Source: Eledone cirrhosa
Taxonomy: Eukaryota
Length of the DNA: 64,000 nucleotides
Assembly (NCBI GenBank): GCA_964016885.1
Contig: OZ024752.1
Span: 35,712,001-35,776,000, forward strand
Reading direction: 5' to 3'
The translations under genes and the position numbers were made by a program. The notes below the pieces were generated by a model that saw only the letters and a program-made list of their open reading frames with translations, did not search any database and was not told where the DNA came from. Below, piece by piece: positions 28,645 to 43,673 of the stretch (positions within the stretch are counted from its first letter, which is position 1; every line of letters starts with the position of its first letter).

Positions 28645-29670
28645 TAACATCCCTCACTAGCTATGCTGATGACACTAAGGTAGCACAGGCAATCAAAAAC
28701 CCGGCTGACGCTGCCCTTTTACAGCAGGATCTGGATGCCATATACAAATGGGCGGAAGAAAACAACATGAAGTTTAATACTGGCAAATTCCAGGCCCTAC
28801 AATACAAACCTCCAAACAAACCTGCAAACACAAATATAGTACAACACAACTACACAGGACCAGGAGGGACCAATATCCCCGTGTCAAAATCGATATGAGA
28901 CCTGGGCATAGACATGAGCGATGATGCATCTTTTTCTTCACACATCATGAAAGTGGCGACAATGTGCAGACGACTCGCTGGCTGGATCTTGAGGACTTTC
29001 CGGACAAGAGATCGAGACACCATGTTGACACTATGGAGGACATTTGTCCTAAGCCGCCTGGACTACTGCTCCCAGTTGTGTTCACCCCATAGTGTCAAAC
29101 TAACCACGGAGCTTGAAGCAATCCAGCGAAGCTACACCAAGAGGATTGCCAAGATGAGGGAGACAAGCTACTGGGAGAGGCTAAAGGAACTGAACCTCTA
29201 CTCCTTGGAACGAAGACGGGAGAGATACGCAGTGATCTACATGTGGAAAATCCTGGAGGGACTAGCACCAAACTTTGGCATTGGGAGCTGGACCAACCGT
29301 CGAACAGGACGTCACTGTGTGGTGCCAAAGGTCCCGTCTTCCACATCTCGAATAAGGAGCAGGTATTGCAATAGCCTGGGATTCAAGGGCCCTCAACTCT
29401 TCAACAGGCTGCCGAGGCATCTGAGAGATTTGCATGACTTGGAGATGGATGTCTTCAAGAAACATCTCAACACCTTGTTATCCAGGATCCCGGATGAGCC
29501 CACAGCAAGACACGAGGGAAACCTAAGGGCAGCAGCAACAAACTCCCTCTTACACCAGTGGCCAACCTATACAGGCTGGACATAAAATGTGTAGCAACAA
29601 GGGAGGTGCCTCAGCATGGCCTCAGCCGGATGGGGGAAACAGGTAAAAGAGTAAAAGAGTAAAAGAGTAT
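28645..29670 (+). mobile_element. CR1/L2-group LINE 3' fragment
   Basis: [30 protein letters not shown] and LYSLERRRER motifs; one in-frame stop; (AAAAGAGT)n tail. Confidence 0.88.
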
Positions 29671-29682
29671 ACATGTATATAC

Positions 29683-29715
<33 letters not shown>

Positions 29716-29726
29716 CATATATATAC

Positions 29727-29789
<63 letters not shown>

Positions 29790-30411
29790 CATACATATAT
29801 ATATGGTGGCTGCCAACTCGTTTTCGAGTACGGCCACTACTTTATATCCATGTAGCAGAACCCTTACCGGTGCGCTGAACAAGTGTGACTTTTTAGTCCA
29901 GCGACTTGAAAACTCTGGTACAAACACTACACCTGTGACAATTATTGACACATAGTGCTGGGCCCATGGTACCATGTGACGACAAGTGCAGAGAGATCTC
30001 CAGATATAAAACAATGCCTGTGCCGTGAAGCTTTTATAGTGAGCAAAGGCACTGCACAAAGCCAGTCCCACTCTCTTAACCAAGATGATATTTACCAAAA
30101 AGAAGAACAAGTCAACATCATTGGATACCATCAGGGTTGCAGGTGTTATATCAGAGTTTTCCTTCTCCTAGAATTCTGCCTTGACAAAGGCTAAGGGGTC
30201 ATCCACCTCCACGTCATGCAAATATATATATATACATATATATACATATATATATATATACATATATATACATATATACATATATATATACATATATCTG
30301 TTATTTTAATAAATATTTGCTCTACGGTTCTTATATATTTGATATATATTTATCCTTATCGAGCCCTCTTTGGATTTTAGCCTTTAAATTTATTATTATT
30401 ACTATATATAC

Positions 30412-30482
<71 letters not shown>

Positions 30483-30736
30483 AAGATATACATATATATA
30501 TATATATATTACGACCTATTTTCTTCCCTAAAATAATCCTTCATTCATAATACTCTTTTCCATCCAAAACTGAAATCTACCTTCCTCTACCCATAATTTA
30601 AGGTTCTTCTACTACTATATTACTATCTTGACCTTCACTATCTCTCTATTGGTCAATTCAAAACCTGTTCCCAAACAGACCTATTGTATTGAATCTTTGT
30701 TTTTTTCAATAAACAAATATCATTATTTCTGAGATT

Positions 30737-30920
30737 GTGGATTGGCAGTATCGGTAGAGGGTCGGACGCCATGCTTTCCAGCATAGTTACGTCCCTTTAC
30801 GATCTGAGTTCAAATCCCGCCGAGGTTGACTTTGCCTTTCATCCTTACGGGGTCGATAAAATAAAGTACCAGTAATGCATTGGGTAATTGCTGGCCTTGT
30901 GCCTAAAGTAGAAACAATTA
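30737..30920 (+). mobile_element. SINE family 1 copy
   Basis: Flanked by the direct repeat ATTATTTCTGA. Confidence 0.85.
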
Positions 30921-31244
30921 TTTCTGAAGACAGCATATATATGTGTAGGTATGTATATTCCCTCTGATAGTTTGTATAAATATTGTACATAGATCTATAG
31001 AATATGCATACCAACTCTAACACATATATATCCTAGAAACAATCGAAAATGATGAATTTTTTTTAATATAAGGAACTGTTTCTTTGTTTATTCATTATTT
31101 TATTAATTTATCTTGACTCTGTTTTCCGTTTATTTTTCACCGAAAGTAGTTTTTGAATGCATCTTCTCTTTTCATGATATCCGGATTACATTGAGTTCTT
31201 TATACGGATTGGACACTACCGTAAACTTTTGGTAGATTTATCTA

Positions 31245-31493
31245 CATAGATATACATATATATATATATACATATATACATATATATAGAGATATACATA
31301 TATATATATATAGAGAGATATACATATATATATATATATACATATATATAGAGATATACATATATATATATATAGAGAGATATACATATATATAGAGATA
31401 TACATATATATACATATATATATATATACATATATATACATATATATATACATATTTATAGAGATATACATATATATATATATATATATACAC

Positions 31494-31533
<40 letters not shown>

Positions 31534-31771
31534 ATATATATACATATATATACATATATATACATATATATATATATACATACATATATATATATATACA
31601 TACATATATATACATATATATACATATATATACATATATATACATATACATATATGTACATATATATATATATATACATATATGTACATATATATACATA
31701 TACATATATGTAAATATATATACATATATATATATATATACATATATATACATATATATATATACATATAG

Positions 31772-31808
<37 letters not shown>

Positions 31809-31845
31809 GATATACATATATATATATATATATATATACATATAG

Positions 31846-31882
<37 letters not shown>

Positions 31883-32149
31883 GATATACATATATATATA
31901 TATATATATATACATATAGATATACATATATATATATACATATATACATATATATATACATATATATATATACATATATACATATATATATACATATAGA
32001 TATACATATATATATATATATATATATACATATAGATATACATATATATATATACATATATACATATATATATATATACATTTATATACATATATATATA
32101 CATATATATATACATTTATATACATATATATATACATATATATATATAC

Positions 32150-32182
<33 letters not shown>

Positions 32183-32233
32183 CATATATATATACATATA
32201 TACATATATATATACATATACATATATATATAC

Positions 32234-32264
<31 letters not shown>

Positions 32265-32321
32265 CATATATATATACATATACATATATACATATATATA
32301 TACATATACATATATATATAC

Positions 32322-32371
<50 letters not shown>

Positions 32372-32563
32372 ATACATATATATATATATATACATATATA
32401 TACATATATATATATACATATATATACATATATATATATATATACATATATACATATATATACATATACATATATATATACATATATATATACATATATA
32501 TATACATATATATATATACATATATATATATACATATATATATATATACATATATATATATAC

Positions 32564-32594
<31 letters not shown>

Positions 32595-32625
32595 CATATA
32601 TATATATACATATATATATATATAC

Positions 32626-32701
<76 letters not shown>

Positions 32702-32710
32702 ATATACATA
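31245..32710. repeat. Long degenerate (TA)n/(TACA)n microsatellite
   Basis: Largest of many; others at 6395-7065, 9390-9765, 15360-15970, 27980-28640, 42830-43280 and 47930-48680. Confidence 0.97.
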
Positions 32711-33250
32711 TCTCTTTAGCGTCCGTGTTCCACGCTTGCATAGGTTTGGACGGGGGTTTTCCCACTTGAGGCAAGAGTGGTTGTCTTGCTCGCATAGGAC
32801 TATATATATACATGATGGCTGCAAACTCTGCTAAGAGTATTGCAATCGATTGTCAGATTACAGAAAATGGTGCAATTTTAGGCTATGGCCAACCACACGA
32901 ACCTGTAACACATCTTGAACAAGCAATGCCTGTGCTTTGAAGGTGTTTTAAGAGGGGAAAGGCCTTGCACTCGACCAATCCCACTGTCTGAGCATCGAAA
33001 ACACTATCTGTCATGCTAAAATGGATTAAATATAATCAAATATATAGTTGGAAAAATTAGCTTTTAAATCATATTTAATTCCTTACACATGTTTCAAAAG
33101 AGGTATACATCGAATTATTAGAAGAATGTCATGTGAAATTCATATAATCAAGATATATATATATAAAATGATATACAGATATAATTCTGAAACTATTTGA
33201 CAATTATGAGCATTGGCCTTGCATAGTGGTTAGAGCATTGGCCTTGCAAT

Positions 33251-33590
33251 GGAGGCACATGGCTTAGTGGTTAGAGCATTGGCCTTGCAATCGAAAGGTT
33301 GTGAGTTCAATTCTCAGACCGGGTGATGTGTTGTTTCCTTGAGCAAGACACTTTATTTCACATTGCTCCAGTTCACTCAGCTGTAGAAATGAGATGATAG
33401 GGACTGGGGCCCATATCATTCCACTGCAAAGTGGTCGTGCAGATGCCACGGCAAAAAAGCACCCAGCACTCACTGTAAATGAGGTTGGTGTTAGGAAGGG
33501 CATCCAGCTGTAGAAATCAAGCCAAAAAATCAGTTCCCGTCCCACCCTTGCAAGCAAGGAAAAAGCGGACGTAAAATGAAATGATGATGA
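33251..33590 (+). mobile_element. tRNA-derived SINE family 2 with RTE-derived 3' tail
   Basis: Box A TGGCTTAGTGG, box B GAGTTCAATTC, CCTTGAGCAAGACACTT core; 3' part matches the RTE 3' UTR and ends in (GAT)n; second copy at 33844-34220. Confidence 0.8.
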
Positions 33591-35316
33591 TACTATCGTA
33601 TATAATTCTTTACATACATTTGAGCTTTGTATATATATTTTTACCTTTGTATATATATTTATACAGTATATATATATATCCAGGGAGTGTAACATGGGAA
33701 TTACTGTAGGTTCACGTCTGTATTGGGCTGTAGAGCTAGACAGAGTGTATTATAATAAAATAAAACAAGGACGAGTGGTTACTCCTTCATTACATTTGAA
33801 GGAGTTACCACTCGTCCTTGTTTTATTTTATTATATATATATAGGTTGTGAGTTCAATTCTCAGACCGGGTGATGTGTTGTTTCCTATATTTCACATTGC
33901 TCCAGTTTACTCAGCTGTAGAAATGAGATGATAGGGACTACGGTCCCTATCATTCCACTGCAAAGTGGTCGTGGAGGTGCCACGGCAAAAAAGCACCCAG
34001 CCCACACTGTAAAGTGGACGTGTAGGCGCAATGGAAAAAAAGCACCCAGCCCACACTGTAAAGTGGACGTGTAGGCGCCATGGAAAAAAAGCACCCAGCA
34101 CTCACGGTAAATGAGGTTAGTGTTAGGAAGAGCATCCAGCTGTAGAAATCAAGCCAAAATCAGTTCTCGTCCCACCCTTGCAAGCAAGGAAAAAGCGAAT
34201 GTAAAATGATGATGATGATGATATATATATATATATATATATATATTCATTTTATTAATTTTAAATAGTGAGTCTTATTACTCTGGAGTTTTGCCTATTT
34301 GTCACCGGGTCATCAAACAAGAACTGTTCTTGTTTAGTGAGCCTGTGATAAACAGGCAAAACTCCAGAGTAAGGAGACTCACTATTTAAACTTAATAAAA
34401 TGAATATATGTGTAGGCAACACGGTAAAAACCTCCCAGACCCACACTGTAAATGTGGTTGGTGTTAGGAAGGGCATCCAACTGTAGAAAACCTGCCAGAC
34501 AGTCCTATGCGAGCAAGACAATCACTCTTGCCTCAAGTGGGACTACCCCCGTCCAAACCCATGCAAGCGTGGAACACGGACGTTAAACGTTGATGATGAT
34601 GATGATGATGATATCACAGAAAAAAGAGAATCAGTGTTGCGACAAAAGGAATTTATTGGACATATTACAATTGTTTCTCGGGTGACCAGCTCGAGGCACG
34701 ATCTATGTGGTGATCAAACCTGACTGTGAAATCGCGCGGTCCTCGGATACATCTCGATTCTACGCTGCTTTGTAGAATCCTCGAGCTGGTCACCCGAGAA
34801 ACAATTGTAATATGTCTAATAAATTCCTTTTGTCGCAACACTGATTCTCTTTTTTCTGTGATATCATACTCTGCTCTAGGAGGGCATCGAGTGCTCATAC
34901 GGCCTACCGCATACGGACGCTTTAAGCATCCAACACCAATTATATATATATATATATATATAAGTGTATGGTTACAAGAAAGATTCTGTCTGTAGGCGGT
35001 ATGCCAGATGAGCACTCAATGCTCGCGCAGAGCAGAGTATAATACTATAAGAATAAAAGAACAAAGATTCACTGTTGCATCATAACATATTTAATAACAT
35101 ATTAAATTAACATTCCTATGTGATCTTTCGATTACAGAGTCAGGTTCAGTCAATAATAGGTCGTTCCTCGAGCTGATCGACAGTGAAACATATGTAATAT
35201 GTTATTAAATTTGTTATGATGCAACACTGAATCTTTGTTCTTTTATTCTTATAGTAATATATATATATATAGTGCCAATAAGAAGTAAGATTTGCAGCTT
35301 GTTATGAAACTTTAAT

Positions 35317-35407
35317 GTATATTACAATTGTTTTGATATCGATCAGCTCGAGTTTGATCATCAGGTGACCAGATCCTGACTCTAAATCGACATCTCTTCA
35401 GATATGC
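35317..35407 (-). ncRNA. Hammerhead with very long stem II, G12A-mutated
   Basis: AUAU-CUGAAGA-GAUGUCGAU..AUCGAUAUC-AAAA-C(AAUU)G-UA-AUAU; relatives near 16327, 34797 and 35185 retain GAAAC-NNNN-GUH. Confidence 0.55.
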
Positions 35408-35539
35408 GAGTTTACATGGGTGAACTACAGCCGCCTTAAACCTGGAGCACAACCCAACGAGAGACAGACTCCGCAATAGCATCGAGTGCTTTGACCAGTG
35501 TCACCACTAGTAACCTCAAGTTACTCACATAATAACCTA

Positions 35540-35575
<36 letters not shown>

Positions 35576-35733
35576 TTTACTAAAGCAGGGTAAAAGAAAA
35601 TCCTTTCAATCCTTCACAACTGTGTTTAATAAAAGTCAGGTTTCAGCTAAGGTGATGTATTTCAATATATTCATAATTTGGAAAATAAAGATTGGAATGG
35701 AGAGCTATAAGTGGGCCATCCCAAAATGCATAT

Positions 35734-35957
35734 TTAACTCTTTAGCATTTACATTACTCTATATTTACTGTTATATTTCCACGGAAAAAACTTTACCTTA
35801 CATAATTATCGCACATAATGTTGAAGCTATGAGATTTTGATATTTATTTCGAGAACAATAACTTAACGTCAGTATGAGTGGCCAGTTATGGTTGGTTGAA
35901 AAGAAAGAAGTGAGAGAATTCAGGCCAGATACAGCCGGCTTAAATGTTAAAGGGTTA
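35734..35957. mobile_element. piggyBac-like MITE
   Basis: TTAACTCTTTAGCATTTA...TAAATGTTAAAGGGTTAA. Confidence 0.75.
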
Positions 35958-36718
35958 AAGACAAGCATGATTTCTTCAAAATAAAAATGAAAATTCTTAA
36001 TCATTTTAAACAAAAAAAAAAGAAAAAAGAAAAAAGAAAAAAGAAAAAAGAAAAAAGAAAAAAGAAAAAAGAAAAAAACTGATTTTTATAAAAATATAAC
36101 TGAAATCATACTTTTATAAAAATGACTGTTTTATTGATAAACATCATCAGCAGCACATATTATTTCATCATCAATTTTTCCATGTAGAGTTGGACGGATC
36201 AACAAAATTAATATTTTTCCCAGATGTTTGTATACTTAATAAAACAGTTTATATTTATTTCTATTTAAGACAAGACTAAAATGCTTAAATATTTTTTAAA
36301 ACGAGATCTTATCCTTTTATCCACAATGGAAGCAAGTGATTTAGGAGAATGGCCAAAGCAAAGTTAATAATGGTTTCTGATTTAGGTACAAGGTCAACAA
36401 TTTTGGGGGAGGGGAAAGTCGATTAAATCAACTCCAGCACATTACTGGTACTTTATTTTATCGACACCGTAAGGATGAAAGTCAAAGCTAAGCTGAGTGG
36501 AATTCAAACTCAGAACATAAAGGGATGTAACTCTACATAAAATGTTACATTCTGACAGTTACTTAATTTATAAAGGAGAGGAGCCAACTGTTAAACTCAA
36601 CTAAGGAAACAATACTTCCATTGTTGATAGTATCTGCTGGTTACATCTCCTGGCAGGAGGAAGCAGGGTTTCAACTCAGGATGGACAGAGCCAAAACATC
36701 CTGTCTGATCCTTTAACA

Positions 36719-36915
36719 ATTCTGCCAGTCCACCAAAGTTGACTGTGGCAGGGTTTGAACTCAAAATGTACAAAGTCAGATTGGACACTGTAAAATATTC
36801 TGCCAGTCCACCAAAGTTGACTGTGGCAGGGTTTGAACTCAAAATGTACAAAGTCAGATTGGACACTGTAAAATATTCTGCCAGTCCACCAAAGTTGTCC
36901 ATGGCAGAGTTTGAA
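36719..36915. repeat. 78-bp tandem repeat, about 2.5 units, SINE-like
   Basis: TCTGCCAGTCCACCAAAG at 36721, 36799 and 36877. Confidence 0.9.
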
Positions 36916-37827
36916 ATGAGAGCACAAGTGAGTCGTAACAAATACTGAGTTTATAAACTAAAAACACTAGAACTGTGTGTTTCAAAAAATCAAAACAATA
37001 AAACGGTTTTAAATTAAATAAATATCAAAGTCACTTCTATTTCCATTTCATTAAAATGTTTTAACATTTAAAAAGAAAATGTTAAACAAACATTTTTAGT
37101 GAAACGAAAATGTGAATCACTTTCATGTTTATAGATAATAGTCTAAATAATTTTTAAAAAACACTTCTTTTTCATATAATAAAAATTGAACATAAATTTT
37201 TAAAAAAATCTTTTAATATTTCTGACCATTTTTAATGGCATAATTTAACAAACAGAACAAACAAATAAAGAATAAGAAAAATATCAAATTTACAATAAAA
37301 TTTATTAGAAACAAAAGATATTATTTAACAACGGTGGAAATATAGAAAATATGAAAAAAAATATATATATGTCCCACCCCCAATCAAATTATTCAGTAGC
37401 AATACTTTTGGCACGACCAGTAAATTATGCTGAAGAAAAAATCACATTTTTTTTTTCAATAAATCACTGCATGGGATTCTCACTTAACTTGTAATATTTA
37501 ATATGCACTAACAAAAAATTCTAGATTTGTAACAAGAGATTATTTTTTATATGATATATTTCGTAATTTTAAAAATTACTCCTTCAAAACATACATTATT
37601 CATATACTTCTGTAAATTTCTTCTTCTGAAGATCATCACATCTGAATATTATACACACACACACACACACAGCAATATAATTCAACAATGTAAAGGGACA
37701 CTTTTAATTTAAAACACGGGGTGTCTTTGTTTTTACAATTACTGGGAACAGTCTTAAGGATTATATATAAGACATTATATAAAAAATTAGACATTTAAAA
37801 AAAAAAAAACACACAAGTTAATTCACT

Positions 37828-38029
37828 TACCGTATATACTCAAATATAAGCCAACAACCATCTCTTCTATTTTATGTCTGAGAAATAAAGGAAAGTCTAA
37901 ACCTTGCTTATAAACCAAGGCAGCTAAACAACGCATTATTTAGATGGCATATATAAACCAACCTCCCCATTTACCATTGATTTTTTGGGGGTCACATATT
38001 CCTCAACTTATATTCGGGTATATACGGTA
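37828..38029. mobile_element. Tc/mariner-type MITE
   Basis: TACCGTATATACTCAAATATAAG ... CTTATATTCGGGTATATACGGTA; partial copy at about 50520-50594. Confidence 0.7.
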
Positions 38030-38666
38030 GATATCTAAATAAGTTTTGATAGTGATTAATCTAATTATTGGCATTTAACATTTATTTTAATAAATTGAAG
38101 CATTAGTATGCAAGACAATTCAGGAGGGATTAAAATAACAACAACAACAGCAACAATAACAATACAGTCTGTATAACAGAATCAACATTTTCAGACTGCT
38201 ATCCTTCATGCAATCATCCATTGAAAGACAATTAGGAAAAAGGGGTTCAAATAAAAACAGGGCGGCATTTAAACAAAATTCTGATTGATTCGAAGCAATT
38301 ATAAATTTGTCAACTTGGTACTATTAATGATTTCAATTTGGTTAAAACTCAACAAAAAAACTGTAAATTGAATAATTTTCAAAATTTCATTTTGATTATA
38401 TCAATTCGGTTTTTTAAATAGATTATAATTGATATGGCCCCAAAATAGGGAATAATTGATAAGAAGTTAGTGTCTTTAAAATCAAGATATTTGAGTTATT
38501 ATTTAAGATAAAAGGATGTTGTAAAGATGCAGGAAAGTATAATAATATAAGAACAAAGTGAGTGTATAAATATTTACGTATAGTTGTCTGTATATGCATG
38601 CTGGTGTATATATGAATATTTGGGTGTATGTTTGTGTGTGATTGAATACTTGTGCATGTATGAATA

Positions 38667-38713
<47 letters not shown>

Positions 38714-39140
38714 ATGTTTGTGTGTGTAAATACATATGTTGATGTTTGTGTGAATGTGTATACTTATGTGTGTATTTGTGGGTGTACGTTGTGTGTGATA
38801 GAATATTTGTGCATGTATGAATATTTGTGTGTGTAAATGTACATGTGTTCATGTTTGTGTGAATGTGTATAATTGTGTGTGTATGTGTGTAATTTAGGGA
38901 TGGCCATTCATTTATGCTATTTTAGGTAAACAAACTGCTGGAAAATCTGTTAACCATTTTAAGGTTAAGCTGTTCATATTGCCTAATGGTGCATCCGAGT
39001 AGAATAAGAATGAAACAATACTTTGTTTCACCTTGTGTTTATCCAGAAAAACTTTGACTACTGAAATAACCAGAATAAACTACTGATAAACATATTACTA
39101 CTAATATTACTCATAACTACTAACATTATTCATAACACAT

Positions 39141-39527
39141 TACTAATAACATATTATTAATAACTTATTACTAACAGCATATTACGACTAACATTACTAA
39201 CAACATATTACTACTAACATTAATAACAACACATTACTAATAACATATTATTAATAACTTATTACTAACAGCATATTACGACTAACATTACTAACAACAT
39301 ATTACTACTAACATTAATAACAACACATTACTAATAACATATTATTAATAACTTATTACTAACAGCATATTACGACTAACATTACTAACAACATATTACT
39401 ACTAACATTAATAACAACACATTACTAATAACATATTATTAATAACTTATTACTAACAGCATATTACGACTAACATTACTAACAACATATTACTACTAAC
39501 ATTAATAACAACACATTACTAATAACA
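39141..39527. repeat. 94-bp tandem repeat, 4 units
   Basis: Higher-order repeat of ACATATTACTA-like subunits. Confidence 0.92.
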
Positions 39528-39544
39528 GTCTAAATCTAAAGTTG

Positions 39545-39818
39545 TCTCAAGCCAGAAGGCTCATTAGGCTAGTGCTTATCCTGGTTATGTGGTGTGAAGC
39601 GACTGAGAATACAAGACCCACCCCTCTGGACAGGACATCAGTCCATCGCAGGTTAAAACCCCCAGCTATTGCTGGTACTCATTTTCAGCTGAGTATACTG
39701 GAGCAATGTGAAATGAAGTGTTTTGCTCAAGAACACAACACACAACCCAGTCCAGGAATCGAACCCACGACATTATGATCGTAAGTCTAACACACTTACC
39801 ACTAGGCCACGCGCCTCC
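39545..39818 (-). mobile_element. tRNA-derived SINE family 2 relative
   Basis: GGAGGCGCGTGGCCTAGTGG head, GGTTCGATTCC box B and TTGAGCAAAACACTT core; related copies at about 560-710, 4687-4790, 55820-55950 and 59393-59780. Confidence 0.8.
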
Positions 39819-40929
39819 ACAGAATAAAGATATAAAATCACAAACACTAACTCTTATGAAGAAAACTCAAACACACCGCACAAAACTTACAACAAAATCA
39901 GTTCCATCCATTCTATCAAATAGATGAAAAATCCTGAGGAATATCCTTAAAAAAGGAAATAGAATACCACTAAGAGATAGATATATTACAAAAATATATA
40001 TATATTACAAAAATATAAAAGTTAAGGACCTTGTCCTAGCTATATGCAGTTTTGGTTACAGCCTTTTTTTTGTGCCTGTTTAGTTTAGCAAATAGCTGGA
40101 GATTTTGTTAATCAAAATCTGTTGATGCTAGAGACTCACATGTAATAAACAGATGTTCACAATTCTATAATTACTACACTGGCTGGACATCCACAACATT
40201 TAAAAAACATTTATTATGCACTTGCAGGAGGGAGCCATATGTTTACATATAGAAACTCACTGGAGGGGAAAAAATAAGAACAACTAAAACATTCAATAGA
40301 ACCAACAATAAACAATGAACAATCATAACCAAGAACTTTCTTAAAACTACTCAGAATTGTTTTGATTAAAACAAACCAAACATATATTAGAAAGACGGCT
40401 CAATTATTCTGGTAAATACATAAGAATAATAATTAGAAAAACCAACTAACAGATTTTGTTATAATTAACAAATTATAAAAATAACCAATTAAGGAATCAG
40501 AAGTAGACTGTGGCATAGTACCATTCCCTCCACAAACTATAACATGACTATACATAAGGAAGCCTCTTTGAGATCTCTCCATCTGCTAGAGATAGCAGTC
40601 AATTCCCTCAAATTACACTCTACCATCTTAAAAAATGAAAGACACATTGGATAATGTAGTTCTATATATATATATATATATACATCATCATCATCATCAA
40701 CGTATGATGATGATGATACACAAGACGCAGTGGTCACAACTGGATCTCTTTTGATCATAAGTCTACTCAATCATGGCTGAACTGGAGTTGAAAAAAACAT
40801 CTTCACTATACTAACAAAACTATCCCTCCCCCAATATTATTCTTCAGATCAATAAATCAAAATAAATACATGTTTAGATTCTTTTGCTGTGGTCTACCTG
40901 AATGTCCATCTAATTGTTCCTTAAGACTT

Positions 40930-41440
40930 GACCCATAACTTCTGAAATCTGAAGAGTATCAGAAAAATAACCTTTCCTCTTTTTTTCTTAACATAAGAAA
41001 TTCTCACCATATACCTAACAGATATATATAACATTATAGAGTATAAATTTGACCCACCTGAACCTCTGAAATCTAAAGAAGTGTAACCTTTTCTTTTTTT
41101 TCTTAGCATAAGAAATTCCCACCATATACCAAACAGATATGTATATCATTACAGAATATCAACTTGACCCACCTTAACTTCTGAAATCTGAAGAGACTGT
41201 AACCTGTCCCCTCTTTTTTCTTAGCATAAGAGACTCCCATCATATACCTAACAGATACATATATCATTAAAGAATATAAACTCGGCTCACCTTTTTTCTT
41301 AGCATAAGAAACTCCCACCATATACCTTTAAGATATATCATTATATTATATAAACTCGGCCCACCTTTTTTCTTAGCATAAGAAACTCCCACCATATACC
41401 TAACAGATATATATATATATATCATTAGAGAATATAAACT
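40930..41440. repeat. Degenerate tandem repeat
   Basis: TTTTTCTTAGCATAAGAAACTCCCACCATATACC recurs five times. Confidence 0.8.
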
Positions 41441-42825
41441 TCTCAACATCAGTTTGATTAACAGACTTTCCAGTTGTTGAAATTAAACACATCACACATT
41501 ATGTTTCCTGTAAATCACATGCAAAAAAATGGATAGAATATTGGACAACCTACTGAGGGATTGGCAATTTATGTTGTCACCAGCACTAAATATCTGAAAA
41601 GATATAACTCTAAAGAGCACAATATATATATGTATATATATACACACACACACACCTACACCATTATGTAACTATTATATAGGATGGAATAACTCGTTGT
41701 TAAGTTGCAGTAGTGTTTCATTCTTTCACAATAATGAGTCTCAGTGCTCCTGCAAGATTGGATCATCACACAATATTGTTCTACTTTTGATTCTATCACC
41801 ATAACAACAAAAAAAGACTGGGGGGAAAAAAAATGAATGAAACAAGTTTCCTTTCCTTCTGTTTTTTTTTTCTGCATATAAAAATGCAAAAGCACGTCAT
41901 ACACATGCTTGTGGTAGTAAGCATGGAGATTACTCTTAATAAATGTATGTGTGGCAACAAGGACTTCAAGCCCATATGTTTATTTGTTTCATATAGCGCA
42001 TCTCATAAAAAGAGAAATGTGATCTGCAGTGAGATGTTGCTGCACAAAAATATAAGCATGCTTCAAGTGAAAATGTGTACAGTATGTTAATGTGTCCAGG
42101 TCACATATTTAATAAAAAAAAAAATAATAAAAAAATCAGTCAAACACACACACACACACATTGAATAGCTAAGATTTTTTATATAAAGTATATTTAACAG
42201 TATACATTAAGAAACATCAATTTGATATTCAAATTGAACAACAAACCTCATGTTTTATCAGAAAAATATGTAATGGTTACCAAAATTTGCAGATAAGCAA
42301 GGAATTCATAAATTAGTTCCTAGTAATGGATTATCACATTTTGCTGTTGAACTCTTGTTTAAAAGGTACACATATTCATATACATGTATACCAAATACAA
42401 TGCATTCTTTTTATTTCATTATAGCTGCCAATTATACCAGTGACTCGAGGACCAGGAGTCCCATGCTTCACTGCACTTTTAAAAACACGAAACTCCTAGC
42501 CCTTCAGTCACTGGTATAGCTTCACAGCTCGAATAAATTATTCTTCATTTTACTTAGTGCACCGAGTTTAGTTTCTCCTGTTTGTCCAACAAAACCTAGT
42601 AGTGAATGCTCTTCTCCTCAAGAGTTCTGTCCACATACAGAATTGCACGTACACCAGTCTTTTATGGCCACTTTTCCTGCTAAAGCAGGATTTAGCATTG
42701 CAGGTCTTACAGTAGACTTCATACTTATCAAAGACTATTTTTGAGGCAATACTCTAGTCAGGTGCTCTTCCTGGCACCAACCCTTTCAGTCTTACAACAT
42801 GCAGGGATACAGTGTATCTATTCTA

Positions 42826-42912
<87 letters not shown>

Positions 42913-42950
42913 CATATATATATACATATACATATATATATATACATATA

Positions 42951-42983
<33 letters not shown>

Positions 42984-43059
42984 ATATATATATATACATA
43001 TATATACATATATATATATACATATATATAGATACATATATATACATATATATATATAC

Positions 43060-43136
<77 letters not shown>

Positions 43137-43344
43137 TATATATATATATATATACATATATATATACATATATATATATATACATATATATATACATATA
43201 TATATACATATATATATATACATATATATAGATACATATATATATATATACACACACACATATATGTACACACATATATATACAGACATCATCCTTCATC
43301 ATTTCATTTTACGTCCACTTTTCCCTGCTTGCAAGGGTGACGGG

Positions 43345-43407
<63 letters not shown>

Positions 43408-43628
43408 CACACACATATACATATATATAGTGGTAATAACTTGGTAAATATCCAAGGTAAATATCCAAGCAACTCAAGTCCTTAGGACGAGTTTAATATA
43501 ATCATTAAGGCCTTTGACTAGAATGGAGGTCACACCAGAAAGGATCATTGACGGTAGGGTTTCAACTTAAGTTCCCCATCAAGGAAACTATCATTCCTAG
43601 TATAGGACAGTTGTAGTAACTGGCCTTG

Positions 43629-43673
<45 letters not shown>

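Noticed and set aside
31238-32824. 528-aa ORF and the many other YIYI/CVCV ORFs
   Set aside because: Translations of (TA)n/(CA)n microsatellites, which lack stop codons; no coding signal.
33251-33330. tRNA gene candidates at SINE heads
   Set aside because: A and B boxes are present, but there is no closed cloverleaf and they continue into SINE bodies.
36000-42800. Possible very long PGAP3 3' UTR (U-rich on minus, AATAAA near 36131)
   Set aside because: Base composition is suggestive only and cannot be supported without RNA data.
43540-43590. Hammerhead-like CUUGAUGG..GAAAC..GUC on minus
   Set aside because: Core and stem I are too degenerate to call.
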